A program made the translations under genes and the position numbers. A DNA stretch of 64,000 bases from Octopus vulgaris (taxonomy: Eukaryota). The stretch's first letter is position 1; every line of letters starts with the position of its first letter. Shown here one piece after another: positions 14,085 through 27,500 of this stretch. The notes beneath the pieces are model-generated. The model was given only the letters and a program-made list of their open reading frames with translations, ran no database searches and was not told the origin of the DNA. The stretch spans positions 45,880,001 through 45,944,000 of the forward strand of contig OX597822.1 of assembly GCA_951406725.2 (NCBI GenBank). The letters run 5' to 3'.

Positions 14085-16343
14085 TTAAGGTGAGGATTGT
14101 GATGCAAAAGATTAAAATTTTTTTTAGATAAAAATTATTAAAACATCAATTTTGCAATAAATGCAAAATATAACTTTCTGCATACAATGTTTAACGCATA
14201 AAGCATGACGGGTCATAGTCATGGCCATCAGGCACAGTTCAACAGGCCACGATTGTGGTCCAGATAGATGCATTTAATTTATAACGTTTGTTGGGGTCTA
14301 ATGTCACTCAAATGCTCCGATACCCCCCAGAATGCAAGGTGACTAATAGTTCAACTAATGACTTTTCAGATGATGTAAAACTTGCCACCATTATATACTA
14401 AGAAGATATTTTAACTATTTTTTGTTTATCATGCGTGAATGGTAGTCTCATTTTCATAAAATGTGCTCAGCAGTCCATGCTAAGTAAGCACTTTATGGGT
14501 TAAGCATAGAGAACTCTTCGATTTCATTCATGCTATCAAATTTTCTAGTTTTCTTCCATAAGAATATCATCATATCATCATTTAACGTCTGCTTTCTATG
14601 CTCCAATTCGATCTGGTAATGTTCCTACAGCTGGATGCCCTTCTTAAAGCCAACCACTCCAAGAGTGTAGTGGGTGATTTTTACATGCTACCAGCATGAG
14701 GGCCAGTCAGGCGGTCCTGGCACTGGCCACGCTTGAATGGTGCTTTTTACATTCCACTGGCATGGGAGCCAGTCAGGCAGCACTGGCAACGATCATGTTT
14801 TTATGGTACTTTTTATATGCCACCAGCATGAGAGCCAGTCACCTGGCAGTGGCATTTACCACACTTGACTGATGCTTTTTAAGTGCCACCAGCACAGGAC
14901 CAGTCAGGCAGCATTGGCATCGAGACCACACTCAAATGGTGCTTTTTACATGCCACTGACACAGGTGCCAATCAGGCAGTACTGTCATCGGCCATGTCAA
15001 AAACTTCACTTGCCTCAACAGATCTTCGCAAGCACTGTTTATTGCCCAATAATTGAGGGGTACTATTAAATGAGCCAGTTATGCTGCACAGGAATAGGCC
15101 ACAGTGTTCCCAACATGGAAACTCATTAGCCTTTAGAAGCAAGTGAGCCTGTGTGGCCAGGATGTTTGCTTCCCAACCATATGGCTTTGGATTTAATCCT
15201 ACTAGAGCACACTGGGCTAGAGTCAACTACAACTCTAAGCTGACCAAAGACTTGAAATTGGATTTGGTTTCGAGTGTTGGGCTTCAGGGAGGCATGGTGG
15301 CTGAGTTCCTTTCAAGTGTAGGGCATCACAGAGGAAATGACTGAGACCTTTGGTATTATGTCATGCTTGAGAAGAAGATCCACCAAGCCAAGCAAAATCG
15401 CAGTTATGGCAGATACCGGTGCCATGCAAATTGGCACCTGTGTCAGTGGCACATAAATGCATCCAAGTGTTGCGCAAATGGCACCCATGCCAGTGGCACG
15501 TAAAAGCACCCATTGCACTCTCAGAGCGGTTGGCATTAGGAAGAGCATCCAGCCATAGAAAATCATGAATTTGGTGCAGCCTTCCAGTTTACCAGTCCTG
15601 GTCAAACTGTCCAACCCATGCCAGCATGGACAACGGACATTAAATGATGATTATGAAACAGTGTGGAAGCACATCACGTGTGTGTGTGTGTGTGTAGCCT
15701 TGTCTTGACATCGTCTCATAGTTGTAAATGAGTACCGCTGTCATTCATTTCCAATATTCTGCAAAAACATTTCCAGGGAAATAGGTAAAGGTAAGCAATA
15801 GGGAGGGCATCTGGCCATAGAAAATCTGCCTCAATAAACTCCATTCCAGCTTATGCAAGTATGGAGAACTGAAATGATGATAATGATGGCAATATTATGG
15901 TGTTATATGAAATGTTCACAAGTGAAGACGTATATTGCTATGTGGGATTTAATGGAATTCTCCTGGTATGTGGTAACCATTTGAATATATATGCTGTTAT
16001 AGTTTATCAATATCTGAATGATATTAAGGCAGAAATGTTAGCATGCTTGGCGAAATGCTTAGCGGTATTTCATCTGTCTTTACATTCTGAGTTCAAATTC
16101 CACTGAGGCCGACTTTGCCTTTAATCCTTTCAGAGTCAATAAATTAAATACCAATTGTATACTGGGGTCGATCTAATTGACTGGCCCCCTCCCCAAAACT
16201 TTTGGGCCTTGTGCTAGAGTAGAAAAGAATATCTGAATGATATTTTTTCATGCTCCTGACCTTATACATGTGAGTGTGTATGTTGTGTTTCTCTACATAA
16301 GTCATTAATATATGTATGGGGCAAGAGAGGGAGAGTGACTTAC

Positions 16344-16473
16344 TATCTTTTTTACATGATTGAGGATTTGATTCCCATCGGGTCCATGGCAGTTCTCCAT
16401 CCCATATGGAGGTGTTATTTCTACTGTTTCCATTACAATTATATTCTTTCCTTTCCATTTAGTTTCTGCAATG
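16344..16473 (-). CDS. LSM12: LSM12 coding exon 4 (IAETKWKGKNIIVMETVEITPPYGMENCHGPDGNQILNHVKKI)
   Basis: W..KNI.VM..V.ITPPY..ENC.G.......HV.KI motif. Acceptor TTTCAG, donor ATA|GTAAGT, 130 nt. Confidence 0.93.
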
Positions 16474-17434
16474 CTGAAATAGAACAAGATGAAACATTTT
16501 TTTTAAAAACATGGTAAAAACAAAAAACAATTAACTAGACTAATACAAGTTTATATTAATGAGGGTAGTGGATCGATAGGGTATCAAACAAAATGTTTTT
16601 GTGCTCTTAATTATATTGAATTACTTTCAGAATTAAAATTCTACCAGGTTTGACTTGACCTTTAATCCTTCTGGCAGCAATGAAATAAATACCAGTTAAA
16701 TATTAGGGATTAGATTTTTAATCAACTGTTCCCTTCCACGAAATTCGTGGATTCGGATTGTATAAATCACCTCATTTACACTTCATGCTCTGCTAGGTTA
16801 AGATCAGAAGAGCTGAGAGGGTGTTTGTGTCTGTTCATGACTTAAGAGGCACCTAAAACCAATCTGGAAAATGCATGGTACACGCAACCAAATTATACTT
16901 GTTTGTAAGTGATAGTTATATTGCATGTTGAGGCCCAGGAGCTAAAATTTGTGGAGCAGATGTGGTCAATTGATTACATTAACCCCAGCAAGTACCTGAT
17001 GTAGGTTATTCTGTAAACCCAGGAGAGATGAAAGGTAAAGTTGATTCTGATGGGATTTGAATTCAGTAATATTATTACAGGTGCAAACATGGATGTGTGG
17101 TAAGGAATTTGCTTCCCAATTTCATTAATAGTCTATCAACTTTTGGGATTTGATCTCAGAACTCAAAAAAGGCATTTTTTGTTTTGCAGATGCTCTAACA
17201 ATTCTGCCAATTCCTCATCCATTCATAATCTTGGCACAGGGCCAGCAATTTTGAAGTGGGAGGGGGTCGATTACATCAATCCTTGCACCTGACCCTGAAA
17301 GGATAAAAAAATAAAAAGTCAACCCTTGTGAAATTTAAACTGAGAAAGTAAAGAGCCTGAAGAAATTACTGCTAAGTATTTTGTTTGATGTGCTAACGAT
17401 TCTTTAAGTCAGCCACCTTTTTACAATAAATAAT

Positions 17435-17793
17435 AAGAGCACTCAGAGAGCATAAATCTCTGCCAAGGCAACACCAATGTCCTCTCAACAATTAGCTAGA
17501 GATGATTTTTAAAATGAGTATATCTGAAATAAATCCAAATGCTCTCACAAACAAGAATACTAAAAATGAACCTAACTACTCTCAAAAATTACGTAAAAAA
17601 AAAAAAAAAAGAAAAATAATCCAGAATCCTTGTCCGGTACCAGATCAATCCCAAAATCGAATCCGTTCATGCTAGTCATGAGGCTAAACATCCCTGAAAG
17701 TTTCATCCAAATCCATCCAGCAGTTCGAGAAATCTTGTCCACAAACAAACACAACTGAAAACAATTCCTCCACCTTCGCTAAGGCAGAGGTAA
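17435..17793 (-). mobile_element. Helentron-associated (HINE/DINE-1-like) non-autonomous element
   Basis: On the minus strand: TTACCTCTGCC...GGAGG subterminal inverted repeat, TTTG repeats and 3' stem-loop GCTCTCTGAGTGC. Homologous to 23353-23700. Confidence 0.6.
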
Positions 17794-17955
17794 CAACTAT
17801 TTCTAGTATAGATATAAAGCCCACAATTTTGGGGTAAGAGTCTCATCTATCACATCAACCCCAGTGCACAACTGGTACTTGTTTTATCGATTCCATATAG
17901 ATGGCCAGGGTGAAATTTGAAGTCAGAACATGGACAGACAAAATGCCTCTAAGTA

Positions 17956-18507
17956 TTGGGTTGTCCAGAAAGTTCATGCTGATTTACAGTAGCTTACCTT
18001 CTGACTTATTTTAGAATATGGTCGAGTCCATAAAATAGGATTTGACTACACCTTCATTTAGAGCACAGTTTAAGCTATCTTTTTTATGGAAGAAGGTTTA
18101 TGTTCCTATAAACTGTGTTAATTCTGTAACCCTTTAAAATGGAAGATAAGAAAGTCCATTTTCAGCACTTGATACTTTGGGAACCAGACAAAAATTGATG
18201 CAGCTCAGCTGGGATGTATATTCACCAGATATTGCGCCTTCGGATTTCCACTTATTCAGGTCTCTGCAGTATAGTCTTAATGGTAAAAATTTCAATTCCT
18301 TGGATGACGTAAAAAGATACCTTGATGAATTCTTTGCTATGAAACCACTTCAATTCTGGGAAGAGGGTATTTTCAAGTTAAAGGAAAGATGGAGACACAC
18401 TGTGCAACAAAATGGTTCATATTTGGTTGATTAAAAATGTAATGGCAATTATTTATTGACCCTTTTCTTTCCTTTAAAAATCGGCACAAACTTTCCAGAC
18501 AACCCAA
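17956..18507 (+). mobile_element. Internally deleted mariner element with both TIRs and TA TSD, inserted in a SINE
   Basis: TA-TTGGGTTGTCCAGAAAGTT ... AACTTTCCAGACAACCCAA-TA. N-terminus MEDKKVHFQHLILW is fused directly to the C-terminal YSPDIAPSDFHLF region. Confidence 0.9.
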
Positions 18508-19684
18508 TATTTTGTCCAGAGTCATCATCAATATAATTCAAATCTATGCAGGGAGACTCCAATGGATTTCAAGTCCTCTGCCTTAACCATTCAGCCACAA
18601 TATCTGGATTATTAATAATAATAATAATCCTTTCTATTATAGGCACAAAGCCTGAAATTTGAGGGAGGGTCTTGTCAATTACATCAACCCCTTCCACTGC
18701 TCAGTTAGTAATTTTATCGGGCCTAAAAGGATGAAAGGCAAGTCAACCCTGACAGAATCTCAATTCAGAACATAAGGACAGAGAAAATGCCACAAAGCAT
18801 TTTGTCCAGTATGCTAATGGTTCTGCCAGTTTGTTGTCTAAAACACAGACACACACACATCATCATTCAATGCCTGTCTTCCATGGGTTGGACAGTTTGA
18901 TAGAAGCTGGCAAAGCTGAGAGCTGCACTAAGTTCCATTGTCTATTGTGGCATGGTTTCTACAGTTGGATGCCCTTCCTAATGCCAAAGACAGACAGACA
19001 CACATACACACAACGGGCACCTTCCATCTACAAAATCAATTCTCAAGGCTTTGGTCAGTCCAGGGATATAATAGAAAACACTTGCCCAAGGTGCTATGTA
19101 GTGAGACTGAACCAAAAACAGTGTGGTTGGGAAGCGATACTAGCATCTAATGAAAAGAGGTTACCATGTCGGGCACATATGGTTGTGATGTATGTGCTTA
19201 GGGTACCCTTATCAGATGGGTAGTCATATGGGTATACTGGGCTTTGTATATTTATATCCCAGCATCACCTTGACTGTGTGCTGCTCTCTGACTCAATAAT
19301 AATAATGGTTTCACATTTTGGTACAAGGCCAGTAATTTCAGATAAGAGATAAGTCGATTACACCAACATTTCATTGACCCCAAAAGGATGAAAGACAAAA
19401 TAAACTCTTGCAGCATTTGAACTCAGAATGTAAAATTGGAAGAAATCCTGAAAAGCATTTTTTCCAACCTTAATAATCGTTTCTACTATAGGCACAAGGC
19501 CTGAAACTTATCAACCCCCGAAAGGATGAAAGGCAAAGTCAGCCTCGGCAGACTCTGAACTCTGTGACAGACAAAATACTGCTAAGCATTTCACCCAGCA
19601 TGCTAATGATTCTGCCAGCTCATTGCCTTAATTTTCCAACCTTAATAATAATAATAATAATAAAGTAAAACAAAAAAAACCAAC

Positions 19685-19794
19685 GTTTTGATAATTGCAT
19701 CAAAAACTGCCTGTCCTTCGGCTGAAACACCAACACCAACGTGATTGACCCTCTCTTTCTTGCTGTCCACATTCTGTCTTATTCGGCTGGTCAG
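19685..19794 (-). CDS. LSM12: LSM12 coding exon 3 (LTSRIRQNVDSKKERVNHVGVGVSAEGQAVFDAIIKT)
   Basis: GVS.EGQ..F..I.KT motif of the LSM12 C-terminal (AD) domain. Acceptor TTTCAG, donor AC|GTTGGT, 110 nt, phase 2. Confidence 0.92.
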
Positions 19795-20134
19795 CTGAAA
19801 TGAAAGAATAAATTTAACATTAAAACACACGTCTCCATGATATATTTATTTATAAAATATTTAAAATATGTTAATATCATTCAAGTCCCAATAGAAGAGT
19901 TGTTACAAAGACCACCATCATCTTTTGTGGTCACTTCATGATATCATTGCTATGACAATATTGATAGCATCACATGTGTTTTACCAATTGATTAAGGAGT
20001 ATGTTGGCTATCAGTTCAATGTCAGAACTTGACTATTCAGTTGAATAAAGCTTTTGAATACAAAGGAGTGTATGTCCACAGTTTTACTCTGTTAAGTACA
20101 ACATAACACAACAATGTCATCACTGGTTAATAAT

Positions 20135-21015
20135 CCTTTATATTATGGGCACAAGGCCTAAAAATTTGAGGAGTGAGGGATAGTAGATTATATCTACCCC
20201 AGTACTCGACTGGTACTTAATTTATTGACCCCGAAAGGATGAAAGGTAAAGTTGATGCTGGTAAAATTTTAACCCAAAACATAGAGATGGATGAAATACC
20301 GCTAAGCATTTCGTCCTGAGTGCTAACAATTCTGGCAGCTCGCCACCCTAATAATAATAATCCTTTTTATTATAGGCACAAAGCCTGAAATTTGGGGAGA
20401 GGGATAGTTGATTAGATTGACCCCGGTACTCAAATGGTATTTAATTTATCGACCTCGAAAGGATGAAAGGTAAAGTTGACCTTGGCGGAATTTGAACTCA
20501 GAACACAGCAACCACTAAGCATTTCGTCCAGCACACTAACGACTGCCAGCTCACTGCCTTAATAATAATAATAATTCTATTATAGACAGAAGGCTTGAAA
20601 TTTGAAGGAGGGAGATAATCGATTATATCAACCCCAGAACACAACTGGTACTTAATTTATTGATCCCAAAAGGATGAAATGTAAAGTCGACCGTGGTGAA
20701 ATTTGAACTCAGAACATAGCAACAGGCAAAATACCGCTAAGCATTTTGTCTAGCACACTAACAATTCTGCCAGCTCACCACCTTACCACTGGTTAATAAT
20801 AACCCTTTCTACAATGGGCACAAGGCCTGAAATTTTGGGGTAGCAGGGCTAGTTGACTATATTGACCACAGTGCCTCATTGACACTTATTTTATCAATCC
20901 CAGAAGGATGAATGGCAAAGTCAACTTGAATAGTATTTGAACTCAAAAAGGAAAGACAGATGACATACCATTTAGCATTTTTCCCAGTGTCCTAACAGTT
21001 TTGCCAGCTCACTGC
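20135..21015 (-). repeat. Four head-to-tail copies of the Nin-like SINE separated by (AAT)n
   Basis: Four units of about 220 bp, each carrying an AAGGATGAA.(G/T)G(T/C)AAAGT core motif. Confidence 0.85.
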
Positions 21016-23352
21016 TCAATACTGCAGATTTGCTTGACATTTGCTTGACCTTAACGAGATAAGCATGTCCCTTAGTGGCTGACAATACATGCATCTCTGA
21101 TCACAAGCAGGAGTGGTGGGGGAGAATCAGTCATGTATTGTGAGGAATTCTTTGAAGTTTGAATAACTCACCCTGGAAACTTGGTAGTGTCCTTCAGCAT
21201 CCTCAAACAGCCCTTATTCTGGGACCTTTTGAGTGGGATGGGCTACTCGACTTGAAGAAATTCTGAGCCCCACCTGCAAGGTCATGCACTATTTATCTTG
21301 ATATAGGGTCACCACGTCACACACACATACAGTTGTAATGCATGTGCCTGGTGTACCATTATCAGATGGGTAGTCATGATGGGTATATTGGGTTTTGTAT
21401 ATATGTACCCCAGTGTCACTTTGCATATGCTGCTTTCTCAATACTACAACTAATAATAATAATGGTTTCAAATTTTGGGATCTACAAGGGCAACCATTTT
21501 GGGGGAGGGGATGTGTTGATTACATCGAGTCCAATAACAGTGATGACCTTCCTACTCGATGACCCAGGCATAACAGGTTTGGCTGTGATAGTTTAGGGCT
21601 GCAGCATGACTGAAGGGGATTTTGGGCACTAACTAATGATAAAAATATTACAGATTTGAGATTTATAATTATATAAAAGCAAGTATGATGGCCACATGAA
21701 AAGTTTCTGTACTGGCCAAAAAAAAACAAAAAAAACTGTGAAACATGAAAAATGACTTTTCATTAAAATGATAATTGAAGAAAGAGTCACAACAAAATTC
21801 TGATCACATTAAATTCTATCAGATTCAAGCTAACCCTGTAGCATTCAGATTGTGAGACCATAACTGTGGCCCATGCCAGTGCAGCATAACTTGCCCATTT
21901 AAGAGTACCCTTCAGTCATTGGGCAATAAACCGTGCTTGTGAAGATCAGTTGAGGCAAGTGAAAACGTTGTCATGGCCAATGACAGTACCACCTAATTGG
22001 CACCCGTGCCGGTGGCACATAAGATGCACTATTTTAGCATAGTCAATGCCAGTGCCGCCTGACTGGTCCCAAGCTGATGGCCCATAAAAAGCACCATTTG
22101 GGCATGGTTGTTGCCAGTGCCGCCTGACTGGCCCTCATGCCAGTGGCACGTAAAAAGTACCCAATACACCCTCGGAGTGGTTGGCGTTAGAAAAGGCATC
22201 CAGCTGTAGAAACTTTGCCAGATCAGAGTGGAGCATGGTGCAGCCTTCAGTCAAACCATCCAACCCATGCCAGCATGGAAAACAGACGTTAAACGACAAT
22301 GATTACTCAGTCAAATGTAAGGCTTATTTATTCATGTAGCCTCTGTAAAGTGATTAGAGCTAGGAAGAGCATCCAGCTGTAGAAACCATGCCAAAAACTG
22401 ACAACTGAGACCTGGTGCAGCTCTTTGGCTTGCCAGCTTCTCTTAAACCATCCAACCCATGCCAGCATGGAAAATGGATGTTAAACGATGATGCTAGTGA
22501 ATTGGAACAAAAAGAAAGGGATAGAAGATACGATTACTGCATACCATCTATGGCATGCAGTAATCTGAGCCCAGCCTCCTAAAAGCATTAGAATGTCTTC
22601 AACTGTGATCCAAAGATTAAAGAATGTACCAAATTCTTTCTACAACTTAAAAAAAGATATTTTAAATAACTTGGCACACAAACAAACACACATGAAATAG
22701 GACCATCTTACTGACATCACTGAGCCACATGCTGATAGAAACATATAAATCTGGGTTTCAATGTTCCTGAAAGGACTCCCCACTTGATCCTGGCAGAATT
22801 TGGACTCAAAACACAGGGATTAAAGTACTACTATATGACAGGTACAAGGTCAGAAATTAAAGAAGAGAGGAGAGGGGTCAGTTGATTAAATTAATCGCAC
22901 TACAAGTGCTTTATTTTATCAATTTAGGAAGGATGAAGGGCAATGTTGGCCTTGCCCACATTTGAACTTAGAATGTAAAGAACCAACTTGCATATGCTGA
23001 GTTGGCCAATCCATTACCCTAATGGACAAAAATGTTTCGGGAGGGGATGGTCAATTTGATTGATGATATTTGATTAGTATTTTGCTGAACCCAGAAAGAG
23101 AAATGTTTTTCACCACAATCCCTTCTACTACTACAAATAATAATCCTTATTATAGGTACAAGGAACAGAAATTTTAGAGAAAGGAGGTAGGCAATTACAT
23201 TGATCCCAGTACACAACTGGTACTTAATTCATCAACCCCGAAAGGATGAAAAGCAAGGTTGACTTTGGTGGAATTTGAACTAAGAACATGAATACAGGAT
23301 GAAATGCTAAGCATCTTGGCCAGCATGCTAATGATTCCACTAACACGCCTTA

Positions 23353-23700
23353 TTACCTCCACCTTAGTGAAGGCAGAGGTTTTGTTTCCAGTCATGTTTG
23401 TTTGTTTGCCCGTCCAGGGACAAGATATCTCAAAAACTGCTGGATGGATTCAGATGAAAATTTCAGGGATATTTGGCCTCATGACTGGCACGAACCGATT
23501 AGATTTTGGGATTCTGGATTATTTTCCGTTTTTTTTTCACTTAATTTTTGAGAGCAGTCGGGTTCATTTTTAGTCTTCTCGTTTGTGAGAGCAGTCAAGT
23601 TTATTTCAGATATTCTCATTTAAAAAAAAAATCATCTCTCATTAATCATTGAGAGGACATCACTGCTGTCTTAGCAGAGGTTTGCACTCTCTGGGTGCTC
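23353..23700 (+). mobile_element. Helentron-associated (HINE/DINE-1-like) element, second copy in opposite orientation
   Basis: TTACCTCCACC...GGCAGAGGT 5' hairpin; 3' GCAGAGGT followed by hairpin GCACTC-TCT-GGGTGC. Confidence 0.6.
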
Positions 23701-24376
23701 GTTATTATTAATAATAATTATTATTATTTCTACTATAGGCACAAAGCCTATAGTTGAAAACATCAAGCCCAGTGCTCAACTACTATTATAATTATTTTAT
23801 CGACCCCACCAAAAGAATGAAAGACAAAGCTGACTTCAGCAGAATCTGAACTCAGAACGTTAAGCTGGAAGAAATGCAGCAAGCATTCAATGTACCAATG
23901 ATTCTGCCTTAAGAATTTCTAATGTAGATTCAAGAGGGAATAGTCATGTATATAAACCAAGTATTTGACACCTGGATAATTTTTTCCAGCAAGGAAAACG
24001 GGCATTAAATGATTATGATGGGGATCGATAAAATAAAGTACCACTGATGTAACAGGATCAATATAATTGATCCGACTCTCCTTCCAAATATGTGGCCTTG
24101 TACATATGTAAGAAATCCTGGCAGGAGATTGACATTTATCAGCATGCCTAAGAAATCCAGCTGTAGAAACCAGACAATTAGAGCCTGGTGCAGTTCTTTG
24201 GCTTGCCAGCTTCTGTAAAACCGTCCACCCTATGCCAGCATGGAGAATGGACATGGTGATGATGATGGATGGCATGGCAGGAACACCTCTGCTCGATTAG
24301 TGTAGATTTAGAGCTAAACAATTCAAAAGGTATACAACAGAACATCAGAAAGAAGAAATAAATGCTGCTAGCTTAC

Positions 24377-24510
24377 CTTTGCTAGGTTGAGAGGCATCAG
24401 CTGTGGAGGCTGTTCTTTAGCATCTGCTAACACAATGACATCTTTCACATAATCAAGATTGATAAGTTTCATATCATGGAGATTGGAATTACCACTTGTG
24501 GCATTAGATT
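24377..24510 (-). CDS. LSM12: LSM12 coding exon 2 (KSNATSGNSNLHDMKLINLDYVKDVIVLADAKEQPPQLMPLNLAK)
   Basis: Manual translation (not in the ORF track). 134 nt, phase-compatible with exons 1 and 3. Acceptor TCTCAG preceded by TTCCTTAAC; donor AAG|GTAAGC. Resembles LSM12 ...D..LINL.YV..V.......PP.L..LN..K. Confidence 0.93.
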
Positions 24511-27500
24511 CTGAGAGACTTTGTTAAGGAAATCAAATAATGTTACAAAGCAACAAATTACAAATACATACACACATCGAAATATATTATAACATTCCAA
24601 GAGACACCTCTTCTATATACAGCTTTGAACAAGGCTTAACAGTAACTGTACAATAATTTAGTTATGTAAACAGGTTCACAAGCGTTAGTCATGTGGTAAG
24701 AAGCTTGCTTTCCAGCCATATCGTCCTGAGTTCAGTCCCACTGTGTCGCACCTAGGGCAAGTGTCTTCTACTATAGCTTCAGGTCAACTAAAGCCTAATG
24801 AGTGGATTTGGTAGATGGAAAATGAAAGCCCATTGTGTGTATGTGTTTGTCCCACCACCACTTGACAAAGGGGGTTGGTGTGTTTATGTCCCCTTTACTG
24901 TTGACATGCACACACATTACCCCCACCACTGTAATTTCATTAAACTACTGATATACACACACACACACACACACAAACGCTCTTTACAAATAATTTACAA
25001 AATATAAGTATTTAAAGTACACACCCTCCCAATTTTGGAGGTCTCTAAAACAGCAGTTCTCAACTGCCACTCCCAGGACTTTGTGCAACCTTCAACTGTC
25101 TTCCTTTTATAATTTTTTCTTTAACTGACTTGTACTTTACATTTTTTGGTGTAGCCCCCTAAAAAAAAACCCAGAATATTAAAATAGGTAAGAACCACTG
25201 CTCTACAGCATAACATCCAATATACTTTGTTGTTCTGCATGACAGCAGGGGCCAACAGAGAGCTAAACCAGTGTTGAGCAACAACAATAAAGATAGTGGA
25301 ATGTGTCCCTTAATCTCCACTTTGGTCTTGTGCTCAAAGCATGTTGTTTGTTCCTCCTCAAGCCATGCTTGGCTCATAAGGGCCAGTTTGCCGGCTTCAT
25401 TGCCATATAGGCTCCCCCACCTGGACGGGACGCCCATCCATCTCAGGTGAGCTGCTAGATGCAGGAGGAGAGAGTGAGAGAAAGTTGTGGTGAAAGAAGT
25501 AGCAGAGTTTGCCATTGCTGCATGGAGCTTAGGTGTCTTGCTCTTAAACACACATCACCTGGTCTGAGATTCGAACCCATGATGCCTCAACTGCAAGTCA
25601 GCTGCTCTCACCATAAGACCATGTGCCTCCACACTCAAAACATTAGCTGCAATAAGGTTATTGATAGAAATGTGGATCAAAAGAATCCAAAGAACAAATG
25701 TCTAATACAATAGTGCTAATGAATGGTCAGAGTTCAAAGGTATACTGACAAAATCTCAGTCTAGGCACAAAACACATAAATAAGAGGGGACAAACAAAGG
25801 GATTAAGTCGACTATATCGACCCCAGTCTGTAACTGGTACTTATTTAATCGACCCCGAAAGGATGAAAGGCAAAGTCAACCTCAGAACATAGTGGCAGAC
25901 AAAATACCGCTAAGCATTTCGCCCAGTTTGCTAACGTTTCTGCCAGCTCGCCGCCTTCACAGACATGCATACCCTTAACAAATTTCTCAGGGAGATCCAG
26001 CGTGACATAGAATATAACAAGGCTGCCCCCTTCGAACTACAGGTACAACTCATTTTTGCCAGCAGAGTGGCTGGAGCAATGTGAAATAAAGTATCTTGCT
26101 TAAGGACACGAGACGCCTCTGGGAATCGAACTCACAATTGTGAGCCAAACATCCTAACTATTAAGCCATGCACAGTCTTTATAGCTTTCAGAAAAATGGA
26201 TATTTAGAATGAAGTTTTCTACAATTACCTTTCAAATGCCAATTACATTGGAATTCAATGTGGAAAAAGAATTTTTTTTAAATGGTGGCTGTGCACACAT
26301 ACATACATTAAAATTTTCTCAAATTTTCAAGTCTCTTTTAGATATGTTTTTTTTTTTTTTACACATTATACTGACATTGCAATCTACACCACCTGAAATG
26401 TATTTGTAGAAAATTTCATTAAAAAATGCCTATCTTTCTGAAAGTTATGAAGAAACAAAACCAACTCATGTGAATTATCCAAAGCTCCGCTTCCCCATCC
26501 TTCTGAAAAAAAAATTTCCTGACAAATTCCAATATAATTGGAATCTACGCCATCAGAAGCATATTTCTAGGAAATTTCATTAAAAAAAATATCCATTTTT
26601 CTGAAAGTTATGAGGAAACAAAGTCAGTGGAGGGCACACTTGTGTAGGTGTGCCCATAACTAAGGTCTCTGCCAGAATTGGTGTGCACATGCAATTACAC
26701 ATAAAGGTCATTTGAAGGGCTTCTGGTTAGTCTCCATCTACTCAAATTTCACTCCCAAGGTTTTCAGTTAGTTAACCCAAAGATATTTGCCCAAGATGGC
26801 TCACAATGGAATCAAACCAGAGTGCCGAAGGCTTGATACACAAAGAACTGTTTCTATTCAGTCCATTCATGTGAACATATTATGCACTGACACAAATTAA
26901 TCAACAAACCTGTACATGGTTAATCAACTGGTTACAGAAATAGCAGCCAAATCTTCCTCATATACATTATTGTCAGTAGAATAAGATATGTATAATAATG
27001 ACCTCCAGGATAAAACGGAAGGAACCACAAAAAATCTATACATTGGAATTCCCAAAGATCTCCAAAAATTCTAAAGAATGGTGTTTATTGTTTATAAAAT
27101 ATATGATAAATGGTAATTAAGGCATAGGAGTGGCTGTGTGGTAAGTAGCTTGCTTACGAACCACATGGTTCCGGGTTCAATCCCACTGCGTGGCACCTTG
27201 AGCAAGTGTCTTCTACTACAGCCTTGGGCCAACCAAAGCCTTGTGAGTGGATTTGGTAGACGGAAACTGAAAGAAGCCTGTCGTATATATATGTTTTTGT
27301 GTGTGTGTTTGTCCCTAGAAATACATTTGGGAAAAAGATGTTCATACACATCAATATCCATCTTTAGTCATAAGATCAGAAATACAAAAATTTTAAATAT
27401 CTCGATCAAATAAAAGAGGATCTTGGAAAAACAGGACATGATATAAAATTTACAGAACTCCACTAAATCTAAAAATTCATCATAAAATATTCTCTATAGC

